64,000 nt of DNA from Octopus sinensis (GCF_006345805.1 NC_042997.1:112654001-112718000), one strand, 5' to 3'. Shown: positions 25,736 through 38,316, numbered from the stretch's first letter. The notes: generated by a model from the letters alone, not told the origin. A program made the numbers and translations.

Positions 25736-26299
25736 TGTGTATGAAATGAATGGGATCTGTACATCCACCCCTCAACAAGGTGAAGGGTGGGTGTGGAGTA
25801 ATTTGTTGAATCTTACAGTATAGTCTGAGCCAAACTCACATAATTGAAGTCATGGTTACAAGGTTCAGCAGCTCACTTTGTAGTCGTATGGTTCTGAGTT
25901 CAGTCTCACTACACGGCACCTTGGGTTGACCAAAGCCTTGTGAGTGCATTTGATAGACAGAGACTGAAAGAAGCCCAATATGTTTTTTATAAACCATACC
26001 AGTAAATTGGATGTTTAACACACCCCTTTGAAGGATTTCTTTTCCTCGGTGTGCGTGCGTGCGTTTGTGTGTGCATTCATGCGTGCATTTGTGCATCTTT
26101 GTGTCTGCGTCTGTCACCCACTGCCACTTGACAACTGGTGTTGGTGTGTTTATGTGCCTATAACTTAGCACTTTGATAAAAAGGGATCGATAAAATAAGC
26201 ACCAGGCTTTAAAAATATAAGTACTGGGGTCGATTCATCCAACTAAATACTTGAAGGCAATGCCCCAGCATGGCCACAGTCTAATGACTGAAACATGTA

Positions 26300-27179
26300 C
26301 AAGGTAGTATCAAAAAGTTCCTGGACTAGTTATGTAGCATGCCAACAGATGGCAGCACACAGTTGTGTGCACAGTGAGAGCTAGCATGAGGCAGTGTGCA
26401 GAGTGACATTGCTATGTTCACTTTGCAAGTTGTGAAATTTGTGTTTTTGTGATCATGTGTATGCTGTAGTCCGAGATAGTCATGGACAGGAAGTTGGAAC
26501 AAAAAGCCAACGTGGAATTTTGCATGAAACTTGGGAAGTCTGCTACAGAGACATTGAGTATTCTTTGGAAAGCTTTTGGTGATGAGGCAATGGGGCATAT
26601 GCAATGTTTCAAGTGGCATGGGTGCTTCAAAAGCAGAAGAATGTCCATGGAAGACCTACCACAAATGTTGACCCCGGAAATGTGGAGAAAATTCATCAGC
26701 TTGTGCCTGAGGATCGTCGGAGGACAATCAGTGATGTTTTGAAGTGATTGAGGGAGGACATTCGGTGAAAGCAACTGGATCTGTAGAGCACAAAGAATTG
26801 GATTCTTCACAACAACAATGCACCCTGTCACCATGAGTTTCTTGCCAAAAACAACATGGCATTGCTTTCACACCCACCCTATTCACCAGATTTAGCACCT
26901 GTGAACTTCCATAACTTCCCTAAGATGGAAAATGCAGCTCAAAGGTCACCATTTTAACACCATTGTCGAAATCCAGAACAAATTGCAGAAGGTCCTCGAC
27001 TTGCTTACGGAAAATGACTTCCAGGCTGGATACCAAAAGTGGCAGGAACACTGGGACCAGTGTATTGCTGCACAAGGTGACTATTTCAAAGGAGATAATG
27101 ATGATGATGTTAAAATTTTGGTAAATAAGTTATTTTTTATTAAACATAACTAGTCTGGGAACTTTTTGATACCACCTCG
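26300..27179 (+). mobile_element. Internally deleted mariner transposon
   Basis: TA-flanked TIRs (CAAGGTAGTATCAAAAAGTTCC / GGAACTTTTTGATACCACCTCG). Transposase remnants EQKANVEFCMKLGKSATET, HPPYSPDLAP and WDQCIAAQGDYFKGD. Confidence 0.92.
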
Positions 27180-27375
27180 TAGCAGGAAAGAAGGTCCCTA
27201 TAACTTGGTAGGTTGGCAAAAGAAACCAATCCAATGAATGCCAGACTTAAAAAAACAAGGTTAATTTGTTCAAATAAACCCTTCAAAGACAATACCCCAG
27301 TATGGCCTATGCCCAATGAGTGAAATAAGTAAAAGATAAAAAAATACAAAAAATTACAGCCAAAAACAGACTTAC

Positions 27376-27443
27376 CATAGGATACATTGCCAAACTCCAG
27401 TTGTGCCACATCAAAATGGAAAGTTGGACCAATTACAGATCCT
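27376..27443 (-). CDS. HYDIN: HYDIN coding exon 11
   Basis: GSVIGPTFHFDVAQLEFGNVSY, similar to vertebrate GCVIGPTFHFNVPALHFGDVSF. 68 nt, phase 2 to 1. Confidence 0.95.
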
Positions 27444-27619
27444 CTACAAAAAGAAGAGCAAACATTTTAATATGGAAATAAAAAATATTATCTTTACAAG
27501 CATTAATGACTTTCCTTAATTATTAAACAAATGACAAACTTTAATATTTAATAAAACAATAAAAAATTTCGGTAATTATATTACAAGAAAAAAAACCAGA
27601 CGATGATGTGAATATATAT

Positions 27620-29370
27620 GTATATAAACTTAGATAAATTTAGATATGTTTCGACCAAAGATTGGTCCAGGCCATGTCTAACTTAATAGCACCACCTGAT
27701 AGGATTATTCGAATCCTGTTTAAGTCAAGTTTTGTTTATGGTCCATTCAAGTAGTGAGTTCTTGTTGGGTGAGTTGTATCCAATTATGGGTGGCTTATCT
27801 GGTATTCTTTGAAGGAATCTATCCAGACTCCGTTTAAAGTTGATGGGATCCTTTTCCTCTTTGATCTCCCTCAGGACAATGTTAAATAGGGCAGGGCCTG
27901 TTGAGGAAAAGAAATTATGTTGCAGTGTACATGTATGTTGTGATCTTGAATTGGACAGGGGACATATGGCCCGTGGTCCCAGTCTTGGATGAACCTTGAA
28001 GCTAATGTTAAGGTCGTTTGGGCAAATTTGGCAGTATATTCTCCATATCGTACAAATGATGTACCGCTCACGGCGACGCTGGAGAGAGTAAAGTTTCAAG
28101 GCTTTAAGGCGATCCCAATAATCGAGAGCAGCCATGCCTTCAATTCGTTTAGTGAGTGCCCTCTGGGGTGACTCAATACTGGAGATGTTTTGTCTTGTAT
28201 GGGGAGACCACAGTGGGCAGCAATATTCGAGGTGTGGCCGTACAAAGGAGGAGAAAAGTGGTATGATGACACCTTGTTCTCTGGACCGGAAATTTCTTAA
28301 GATCCAGGAACTCATCCTACGAGCTATATCGACCTTCTTGTTGATGTGTGCACTCCAACTGAGATCGTCATCAACAATTACACCCAGGTCTCTGAAATTG
28401 TTAGAGGCTGTGAGCGGTTCCCCTGAAGGAAGAGAGTATGGCTGTTTTAGTGAGGAATTTCTTCCAAAATGCATCAGCTCAAATTTTCCCTCATTCAGTT
28501 ACATTTTGTTTCTGTCTGCCCATTGACTCACAGCATATAGATCAGACTGGAGTTGAGTTCGGTCTGCTTCTTCATTGACGATTTGCTGGAGCTTAGTGTC
28601 ATCAGCAAATATTTTCACTTTGCAGTAATGTACGACACTGGAAAGGTCGTTTATGTAAATTATGAAGAGTAGCGGACCCAAGACAGTCCCCTGGGGAACA
28701 CTGCTGGTGACTTTTGCTGGGCTTGAGTGGACTCCATCAACTACAACATGTTGTGTTCTATTCGCCAGGAAATACTTAATCCAGTGTAGAACTTTTCCAC
28801 GGATTCCAACATTTGCCAATTTTGAGAGTAGGATATTATGGTCAACCCTGTCGAACGCTTTACTGAAGTAAAGATATATGATGTCAGAGTTCGAACCTGT
28901 TCCCAGGGCTTTGAGTACATCTTCAATGTGGTGTAAGAGCTGTGTTAGACAGTCCCTGCCACAGTGAAAGCCATGCTGATTTGCATTTAGGAGTTTGTGG
29001 GTCTCCAGGAAGTCAGCTATCCTTGATCTTAACACTCTTTCAAACACTTTAATGATGTGGGAGGTGAGTGAGATTGGGCGATAGTTAACTGCGAGGGATC
29101 TGTTTCCCCTGTTTGAAAACCGGGATGACCGACTGGGATAGAAACTGTTTCGGTATATAACCTGCGCCTAGCGAATTTCTCCAGAGGTTGGTCAGAGGGG
29201 CTGCAAGTTGGTGTCTACATTCCTTCAGGAGACTAGCGGGGAATCTATCAGGGCCTACAGCAGAGTAGTATTTGACCACATTTATTGCTGCTACGATGTC
29301 AGTGGCAGTGAAGGTTATGTCTGAGATTTTATGTTGGGAGTCAACTTCGTTCGCTTCTCTTACGTCAATA
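27620..29370 (-). mobile_element. 5'-truncated CR1-group LINE (defective reverse transcriptase)
   Basis: YRPISLTS, NQHGF, FSKAFDRVDH, VPQGTVLGPLLFIIYINDL and FADDTKL. One frameshift near 29090 and one stop near 28500. Confidence 0.92.
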
Positions 29371-29954
29371 TATATATATATAAACAACTTATAAACAAGG
29401 GCAAAAGAAATAAATTCTAATGCCAAATATTCCGAAAATAGACAATTCGTCAATAACTATATAATTTATCGCTATAAGTATGCGTCTCAAAGTAAGCTGA
29501 CAGAAATTTCGAAAAAATTCTGTTATTATCGTATTGGTACCAATTTCAGAGTTAATTCATAAGAATTTTCTCCTCGTCAGCGATAAATACAGTAAGAAAT
29601 AAATGAAATACTTACCCATGGAAAAAAGCAAACACTAAGTCATGAGCACACTTAAGTATCCCAAATATATCCAAAATAGAAATTCTCCAGCACACCTCGA
29701 GACACGTGCGATCGGCTTGAAAACTTCTGGACACTTTTACATATATATATATAGGATTGAATAGAATCTAGGCACATCAACACATTGGACACCAGAAAGG
29801 CTAGGTGCAATAGGAAAGGGTTCATAGTGATGTAAACCAACCATGAAGGTATTTTGTGTTAGTAAGATATTGTAGACATGTAAGTACCAAATCTAATTTA
29901 AACCAAAGATCTGACTCAGGGCTGGTTCTAAGTGTGGCATAGGTATAAAAAAAA

Positions 29955-30232
29955 AAGAACGTAAATTGGGCTTAAAATTTCTGACAGCCATTTTGGTAGA
30001 ATTTTGTTGATGTATTCATAGATTACATCATAGCATATAAAGCATCATTTTCAGGTAAAATTTTCAACAGGTATGAACAGGTGAGATAATACTTTGATGA
30101 TAATGAATCTAACCAACATACTGAATGTTGGTTGGATTCATTATAGACAATATGCTATGATGTAATCTGTGAATACATCAACAAAATTCTACCAAAACAG
30201 CAGTCAGAAATTTGAAGCCCCATTTGTGTTCT

Positions 30233-30233
<1 letters not shown>
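29955..30233. mobile_element. Foldback MITE-like element with nested hairpin
   Basis: ~82 bp inverted arms at 29955-30037 and 30151-30233; internal 20 bp stem at 30100-30119/30125-30144. Confidence 0.75.
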
Positions 30234-30266
<33 letters not shown>

Positions 30267-30394
30267 GTAATGGTGTCAGTAAGACCCAAATGTGTCAGGT
30301 AATGCTGAGTAAGTGCTATGGATAGACCATAGTTAAGCTCCAGGTTCGGTGAGTCCAACGTAGGTCATATATCAGCTTTTTTATATAAAAATTA

Positions 30395-30566
30395 TTTTTT
30401 TCAGAATGAGATAAAAAATCAAGGGTGTGAAGAATATAGAACATTTATAAATAGGTCTTACAGTTGTTTCCATGATATAATAAATATCCTGGAAACAGCT
30501 GTAAGACCTATTTATAAATGTTCTAAAATCTTCACACACTTGATTTTTTATCTCATTCTCAAAAAA

Positions 30567-30568
<2 letters not shown>
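30395..30568. repeat. Near-perfect palindrome, ~85 bp arms with a 5 nt loop
   Basis: GAATGAGATAAAAAATCAAG..GTCTTACAGTTGTTTCCA mirrored by TGGAAACAGCTGTAAGAC..CTTGATTTTTTATCTCATTC. Confidence 0.9.
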
Positions 30569-30599
<31 letters not shown>

Positions 30600-31401
30600 C
30601 CGGATGTCGCTTCTCATACCACCATTATAGGTGTCTACTCTTCGAACCCCCCTCTTCAATATGCTATTTCACCATGCATTACCCCTCTCGTGATATCCTA
30701 CGTTCTACTTGTCTAGAACCTGTCATCGTTTCTCCGAACACCCCTCCCCACTGGTGCTCCCCTATATTTCTGCACCCCCCCCCCACAAAAAGCACCATCC
30801 GAACGTGGCCGATGCCAGCACCGCCCCGACTGGCTTCTGTGCAGGTGGCACATAAAAAGCACCAACTGACCGTGGCTGATGCCAGACCCCTCTGGCACCT
30901 GTGCAGGTGGCACGTAAAAAGCACCCACTACACTCGCGGAGTGGTTGGCGTTAGGAAGGGCATCCAGCTGTAGAAACACTGCCAGACCAGACTGGAGCCT
31001 GGGGCAGCCACTGGCTCCCCAGACCCCGGTCGAAACCGTCCAACCCGTGCTAGCGCGGAAAACGGACGTTAAACGATGATGATGATGATGATGATGTGCT
31101 TTTAATGATGTGATTTCTGAAGAGCAGTGATTCCTTCAACACAAAAATATTGCAATATGTAGTTCTTAGACAAAATAGAGAATGGTGAAATTTCTAGTCA
31201 AATGTTCTTCCACATTTGGGAATTTTCAGTTCTCCAAGCCTACATTTAACACACACACACACACACACAACACAGCTTCAAAAAAAGTCTGCCTCAACAA
31301 ACTCCATCTAACCCATACAAGCATGAAAAAATAAATTTTAAAACAATGAAGATGATGAAAATCAAAAACCCATTTCTACTTTTTTTTATTTTCAAACTCA
31401 C

Positions 31402-31901
31402 CTGAATTTGAGTTCCACAGGTTGAGGTAGACCCTCCACCTGAAATTTGAAGACTTCGTCAAAATCTCCTAAACTACTTCCTTGAAACTTCACTCGTATT
31501 GCTTGGTGACCTCCCGGTTGTACTACGCCATTATTCGGGTTGAAAGTGAAATAGGAAGCAAAGGCAGAGAAACTCTTTTGGATAACATAACTGGCAAGAA
31601 TCTGTCCGTGATTGGCTAAAATCACTTCATAGTAATGACAGGAACCAATGAAAATCGGTCCAACATTCATGATATTCACAGACAGCTGAACTTTGGGTCC
31701 TTTCCCTTCACCACGCAACTGCAATGGAAGACGGTTCTCCCGACCAGTGATTTCACAATATGCAGTTTTAATATAAGACTTTGCTTCCAATGGTTTGAAC
31801 ATGATATTTATTTGCATCGTTTGGTTAGGCCAAATCTCTCCTTCAATTGGTTCAATCTTGAAGACTTCATCGTAAAACAGACCACTGCCATCTTCAATCA
31901 A
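31402..31901 (-). CDS. HYDIN: HYDIN coding exon 10
   Basis: LIEDGSGLFYDEVFKIEPIEGEIWPNQ...GRENRLPLQLRGEGKGPKV...VELKF; ASH/PapD-like domain repeats. 500 nt, phase 0 to 2. Confidence 0.97.
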
Positions 31902-32986
31902 CTGTAAAGTAATAACAAGAGTCATATTTGTGATACAAACAATTTCAAGATAACAATTATTTCCAGTAAAACCATCAATGAGATGCAGCATGAAGTTTTG
32001 TCAGTGAACAGGTCGCAGTCTCAAATTGCCGAAAATATTTTGACAAATTAAATTTAAATGTTGAAATGAATCTAACGGTTTTTGTGTACTTCTTAAATGG
32101 CTTATAAACACCTTCCACGCAGCAATTGTTTTCGTTCCAGCACACGATCTCAGATCAAGTCACTCGTTATGCAAGTACATCTCCGTAACATCAATGAGTA
32201 ACTTGCTAGAAAATTGAAAAAAAAAACACTTCATTTCTAATACAATCATGGATTGGACGGATTGACAGGAGCTGACAAGCTGGAGAGCTGCACCAGGCTT
32301 CAATTGTCTGTTTTTACAGGTTTTTACAGCTGGATGCCCTTCCTAACACCAATCACTTTACAGAGCGTACAGAATATACAATAGATATATCATCATCATC
32401 ATTGTTTAACATACACTTTCCATGCTAGCATGGGTTGGACGGTTTGACTGAGGACTGGTGAACCAGATGGCTGCACCAGGCTCCAGTCTTGATCTGGCAA
32501 AGTTTCTACAGCTGGATGCCCTTCCTAATGCCAACCACTCCAAGAGTGTAGTAGGTACTTTATATGTGCCACCGGCATGAGGGCCAGTCAGGCGGTACTG
32601 GCAATGACCTTGCTCGAATCTTTTTACACATGCCAACAGTACAGGTGCCAGTCAGGCAACGCTGGTAACAATCACGCTCGAATGGTGCCTCTTACATGCC
32701 ACTGGCACGGAAGCCAGTTAGTCACTCTGGCAACGATCACGCTTGGATGGTGCTCTTAGCACCCTACTAGCACAGGACACAAGTGCCAGTAAGGCAAAGC
32801 TGGTAATGATCACACTCAAATGGTGCCTTTTATGTGCCACTGGCATGGAAGCCGGTTAGCCGCTCTGTCAACGATCACACTCGAATGGTGCTCGTGCCCG
32901 TCACTGAATTTCACTTTGATTTTATTTTCTAATTAGTAGACGGAAATGGTTACAATACGGTTTTTCATTATATTGAAGAGACTTAC

Positions 32987-33113
32987 CTTTCTCCTGTTCA
33001 GATAGGAACGGTTCATTACAGAGATCTTGTCATTTAATGAAGGATCTCCAGTATAATCTTGTATAAAGTTTTCTATCTCAGTTTGCCTTGTTTCTTCAAT
33101 ATCAGAGACAAAT
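32987..33113 (-). CDS. HYDIN: HYDIN coding exon 9
   Basis: FVSDIEETRQTEIENFIQDYTGDPSLNDKISVMNRSYLNRRK; 127 nt, phase 2 to 0; donor GTAAGT. Confidence 0.92.
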
Positions 33114-33281
33114 CTTGAAATATACAAAAGAAAGGAAAAAGGAAAAACTGATATATATATATATTCAAAAACAAAATAGAAACATAATGAGTCTACATTC
33201 ATCCAGATTGCAAAAACAGAAGCACTGAGAAATTATTAAGTGTTTATTGATGATGTATCTTGAAGTGAATTTAGTTACATA

Positions 33282-34688
33282 CGAGGGGGTACCCAAATAT
33301 AAGTGGAAACATTCTCTGTAGGGCAAGCCCATTGTGGTTCAGGCTTCTGCCCCTAGAAGCCACTTGATGCAGCCCTCAGGCATCAGTCTGCCAACCAGTG
33401 GTGCCAAGTGGAATCGTTCTGCCATGTGGTGCATCTTTGTTTTACAGTGCTTCTCTCCTGATTTTTGCTATGACTGAAATGAAGGAACAGCATGCTTCCG
33501 TGAAATACTGTTTTCGGCTGGGAAAAACAGCAGCTGAAACAGTTGTCATGCTTCAAACAACCTATAAGGATGACGCCATGATCAAAACAAGTTTACGAGT
33601 GATTTTCACACTTTAGGAATGGTGACTTGTTGCTTCAAGACCAACCTCATACAGGGTGACTGTCGACCTCCCAAACAAATGAAAACATCATGGAAATTCA
33701 TGAACTGATCTTGGAGGACCATCACCAAACGGTTGATGAACTTGTTGATATGTCTGGTGTGCCCTGCGGATGGTCCCAACGAATTTTGAGTGAGGAATTG
33801 TGAATGAAAAGAGTTGCAGCAAAATTTAGTGCCTCACTTACTCACGGAAGATCAACAGCAGTCAAGACTGAATGTGTTGAGAACTGAAAGAACTTTTGGA
33901 AGTTGATCTGAACCTTTTTACAAAGGTCATCAGAGGTGATGAAACCAGGTGTTACAGCTAGGACCTGGAAACAAAGCAGCAATCAACTCAACAGAAGCAT
34001 TCAATGTCACCACATTCCCAAAAAAGCATGTCAAGTGAAGTCCAATGTCAAGATGATCCTAATTTGTTTCATTGATGTGAAAGGAATTGTTCATTCAGAA
34101 TTTGTTCCTCCTGGTCAAACTGTTAACCAGACATTTTACTTGGCAGTTCTGAAGCATTTGTGAGATGTGGTGAGATGAAGATGCCCCAACCAATGGCAAA
34201 GTGGAGAGTGGTGGTTTCATCAGGACAATGCACCTTTGCACACTGCCTTGAATGTGAGACAATTTTTGATCAAAAATGGCATGACCCCCATTTACCCATC
34301 CTCCCTATTCACCTGATCTTGCAACTTTTTTTGTTCCCCCCATTGAAAAATGTCCTTAAAAGAAAAAGTTTTGCAGATGTGGAAGAGGTGAAGAAAAAGA
34401 GAACATCATCATCACCATCATCATCATTGTTTAACATCCGTTTTACAAGCTGGCATGGGTTGGACGGTTTGACTGAGGCCTGGAAAGCCAGGAGGCTGCA
34501 CCAGGCTAGGTATTAAAAGACATCACATTGCAAGAGTTTCAGGATTCCTTCAAACAATGGAAAACAAGTCTGAACCGATGCATTGCTTCAAATTGAGAAG
34601 ACTTTGAAGGCAGTAAAAGTGTAAACATGTAAAACTAAGTGAATAAAAGATTATTGCAAAATTCTGGTTTCTTTTAGGAATGCCCTCA
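33282..34688 (+). mobile_element. Near full-length decayed mariner with an RTE tail inserted at ~34405-34510
   Basis: TA-flanked TIRs CGAGGGGGTACCC / GGAATGCCCTCA. Remnants KYCFRLGKTAAET, GIVHSEFVPPGQTVNQTFY and PYSPDL. Confidence 0.9.
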
Positions 34689-34836
34689 TATAATAATTTA
34701 TATTACATGGGTTTAACCTTTTAGCAATTAAACTGGTCATATCTGGTCAAAATATTCTACTTTATGTTCAGACTGGCCAAACATGGCCTCTCGCACCTAC
34801 CCTACAGTATCATTCGAAACATATACAATGACATCG

Positions 34837-35377
34837 CAGTTCTATATTTAAGAGATAAGGAATTATGTACATTATTTACATTTGACGGCTATTTGTCCTC
34901 ATCTTGCTTGTTGTTAACATTTCGGCTGATATACCCTCCAGCCTTCATCAGATGTCCTGGGGAAATTTCAAACCTGGATTCTCATTCCCAAGGTATTTTT
35001 CGATATTATTATTATTATATTATTATTATTCAGGTCACTGCCTGGAATTGAACTCGGGATCTTGGGGTTAGAAGCCCGCGCTCTTAACCACTACACCCAC
35101 GGACATATAGTATAGTGGTTAAGAACACGGGCTACTAACACCAAGATTGCGAGTTCAATTCCAGGCAGTGACCTGAATAAAAATAGCAGCAGCAGCAGCA
35201 ACAACAACAACAACAACAGCAACAGCAACAACAACAACAATATCAGAAAATACTTTAGGAATGAGAACCTAGGTTCGAAATTATACCAAGTCACCTGATG
35301 AAGGCTGGAGGGTATATCAGCTAAAACATGTTAGCAACAAACAAGATGAGGACAAATATCCGTCAAATGTAAATAAG
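34837..35377. mobile_element. Head-to-head palindromic SINE-like element: tRNA-like head + microsatellite + hammerhead-bearing tail
   Basis: A boxes at 35083-35093 (-) and 35113-35123 (+); B boxes at 35044-35055 (-) and 35151-35162 (+); CTGATGA cores at 34945-34951 (-) and 35295-35301 (+). Confidence 0.85.
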
Positions 35378-35965
35378 ATAAATAATGTGCAATCACATCA
35401 TTGAAATTTCAAAGCTACAAGACAATGCAGGATTAATTCCAAATAACAGAGAAATCTGAATGCTAAAGGATTATTAAATGCCCTTGGATGGCAAGAAGGC
35501 CTGCCAGTAGGATCGGAACCACATACCTTGTGTAAATGAGATGTGCTGCAAGTTATACTAAAGCAACCTTCTGTCTTTCTTCCCTCAAACTAAATGATTT
35601 AATCTTAATTTTACTAATGAGAAAATCTATAGTTTGATGCTCTTCCTAACATCAACCACTTTACAGAGGGTACAGGATGCCTTTAATGTGGCACCCAGCA
35701 CCAATACTTTTTACATGGCACTAGCACCAGTGCTTTGCATTTTACAGAGTGTATGGGGGGGGGGCTTTCTATGTGGCACCAGCACTGGTGATTTTTATGT
35801 GGCACCAGCACCAGGGGGTTGCCAAGTGACCTGCAAGACAAAGACCTCTCAGCTGGGAGAGGGAGGGTTGTAAGATTTTAACTTGATTAATAATCCCTCA
35901 GTTACCATGTTTCTGTTGAAAGACAAAATTTTTTTAATTAATTTTTAAAATAATGAAGATTTAGG

Positions 35966-36130
35966 CGCAGGAGTGGCTGTGTGGTAAGTAGCTTGCTTAC
36001 CAACCACATGGTTCCGGGTTCAGTCCCACTACATGGCATCTTGGGCAAGTGTCTTCTGCTATAGCCTCGAGTCGACCAATGCCTTGTGAGTGGATTTGGT
36101 AGACGGTAACTGAAAGAAGCCTGTCGTATA
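35966..36130 (+). mobile_element. tRNA/CORE-like SINE family (other copies ~1263-1390, 25850-25980 -, 41990-42140 -, 44855-45235, 48285-48620, 57970-58100, 58650-58800 -, 60420-60810)
   Basis: GTGGCTGTGTGGTAAG..GGTTCAGTCCC..CCTTGGGCAAGTGTCTT..AACTGAAAGAAGC recurs in each copy. Confidence 0.88.
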
Positions 36131-36989
36131 TATCTTTATATATAAAAGTGAGATTGTGTGCTGTCTGTCTCTTACGATTTAGATTCCTAACTACTACCAC
36201 ATTTTGCGGTGCAGTTTAACCAAAACCGGGTATCTTATAGTCGTGATTCATATCAAGCCCTTCTGGGTATTAGCGCGCGTCTACGATGAGTCTACGATTT
36301 AAAAAAAAATTTACCATCAATTTTTCCCATTTTTAATGCAGTTTTGGCATATATAAGGGAAGTAACTCTCTAAAAATTTATTATTAAATCTCAGAACGTA
36401 AAAAGCTACAGTAACACCCCCCCCTTTGTGGTTAGCCATAATGAGATGGCTATTATACTTTACATCTCTAAAAATGCTTATATAGTTATTTCCTTTACAA
36501 ACCCGAGAAACGCCTGGCGATACTGCTAGTATGTATATATATATATGTATGTATGTGTGTGTATATGTTTGTGTGCCTGTGTTTGTCCCCCTAGCATTGC
36601 TTGACAACCGATGCTGGTGTATTTATGTCCCCGTCACTTAGCGTTTCGGCAAAAGAGACCGATAGAATAAGTACTGGGCTTACAAAGAATAAGTCCCGGG
36701 GTCGATTTGCTCGACTAAAGGCAGTGCTCCAGCATGGCCGCAGTCAAATGACTGAAAAAAGTAAAAGTATAGTAAAGTAAAGTATTTTAGTAAAATAACA
36801 TGTTCGTTTGTAGAAAGTAATATCAGAAGGCAAAACATTGTTATTTATTATATGCACACATGTGCGGATAAGAATCATCATATGTGGCCAGAATATGCAT
36901 GCAGTTACTCAGGGAAGCCATAATTTACGTTTTTAAACCGATATATAACGGCAGGCGGTGGTACTGCACTAGCTGTTTGTTTTCTTGTT

Positions 36990-37380
36990 GAGCGAAGCGG
37001 TCTTCATCCCAGGCCTCGCAAGATCGCACCTCAGGATTGTCTGTGGTGGGAGAAGTCCAAAATGTGGTCCTTTGCTATTCGTAAGACCTGCAGAAGAGAA
37101 AGCAGGTCAACCCCCGACACCGAGGGCATCGACGGATGGATGAATGCACATCCAGGCTCAGCGGTTGCGTAGGAAGTCAGGGACAAGAAACAGGAAGAAA
37201 GAGTAAGAGAAAGTTGGAGCGAAAGAGTACAACAGGGGTCACCACCACCCCCTGCCGGAGCCTCGTGGAGCTTTAGGCGTTTTCGCTCAATAAACACACA
37301 ACGTCCGGTCTGGGAATCAAAACCGTGATCCTCCGACTGCGAGTCCACTGCCCTAACCACTGGACCATTGCACCTCCACA
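36990..37380 (-). mobile_element. tRNA-derived SINE (same head as 51500-51872 +)
   Basis: Head GGTGCAATGGTCCAGTGGTTAGGGCAGTGGACTCGCAGTC..GATTCCCAGACCGG. Confidence 0.8.
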
Positions 37381-38316
37381 GCAGTTCTATACCTTCTCCA
37401 ATTTCTAATCCTGAAATCTTCCACTAGCTGTTGGAAGAACCTGAGGAGTTAACATGTTCTAGAATGAACACTGCATGACACTGACTGTTCAGGAGTTGAT
37501 AAGTCAAGATATCATAATTCCACAGTGAGTAAGTAGCATGAAGTGGGTGATGGATGGATGGCATAGTGAACTTAAAGTAATCCCACAGTTGGTAAAGATA
37601 TCTGAAGGTGTATGTTATGGAAAAGTGGTGTTGAAGGCCTAGCGCCTTCCTGGTAACTAATGGCTGACTGGAGCAGAATTCCTTTTTTTATAGCTGTGTG
37701 ATCATCTCCAATTGGCTGCAGTTGCCAAAGCACAACCCTGCTAATCCGCAAAAACAAAATAGGGATTCCTTTACTCACAACAGCATCATCATCATCGTTT
37801 AACGTCCGCTTTCCATGCTATCATGGGTTGGACGATTTTGACTTGAGGATTTGTGAACCAGATGGCTGCACCAGGCTCCAATCTTGATCTGGCAGAGTTT
37901 CTACAGCTGGATGCCCTTCCTAACGCCAACCACTCTGAGAGTGTAGTAGGTGCTTTTTATGTGCCACCAGCATGGGAGCCAGTTAGGTGGTACTGGCAAT
38001 GACCTCACTCGAATCGTTTTACGCATGCCACCGGCACAAGTGCCAGTAAGGCAACGTTGGTAATGATCACGCTCAAATGGTGCCCTTTTACATGCCACCG
38101 GCACAGAAGCCAGTTGGCTGCTCTGGCAACGATCACGCCCGGATGGTGCTCTTGGCACCCTACTAGCACGGGGCACAAGTGCCAGTAAGGCGACGCTGGT
38201 AACAATCACACTACAGGTATGAATATAGATCATTTTAAAATGAGATGATTCTATCATGGAACTAGGGGCAGTCTCAGGGTAGTTGGTATGAAAAGGGTAA
38301 ATAAAAAAGACCATAC

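Noticed and set aside
35031-35175. Pair of tRNA genes
   Set aside because: A and B boxes are present, but I could not form an acceptor stem or full cloverleaf, and both run into repeat tails, so they are SINE heads. The same applies at 8036, 37380 and 51500.
35295-35301. C/D-box snoRNA C box (TGATGA)
   Set aside because: No matching D box or terminal stem. The downstream stem and GAAA fit a hammerhead, and the sequence is a dispersed repeat.
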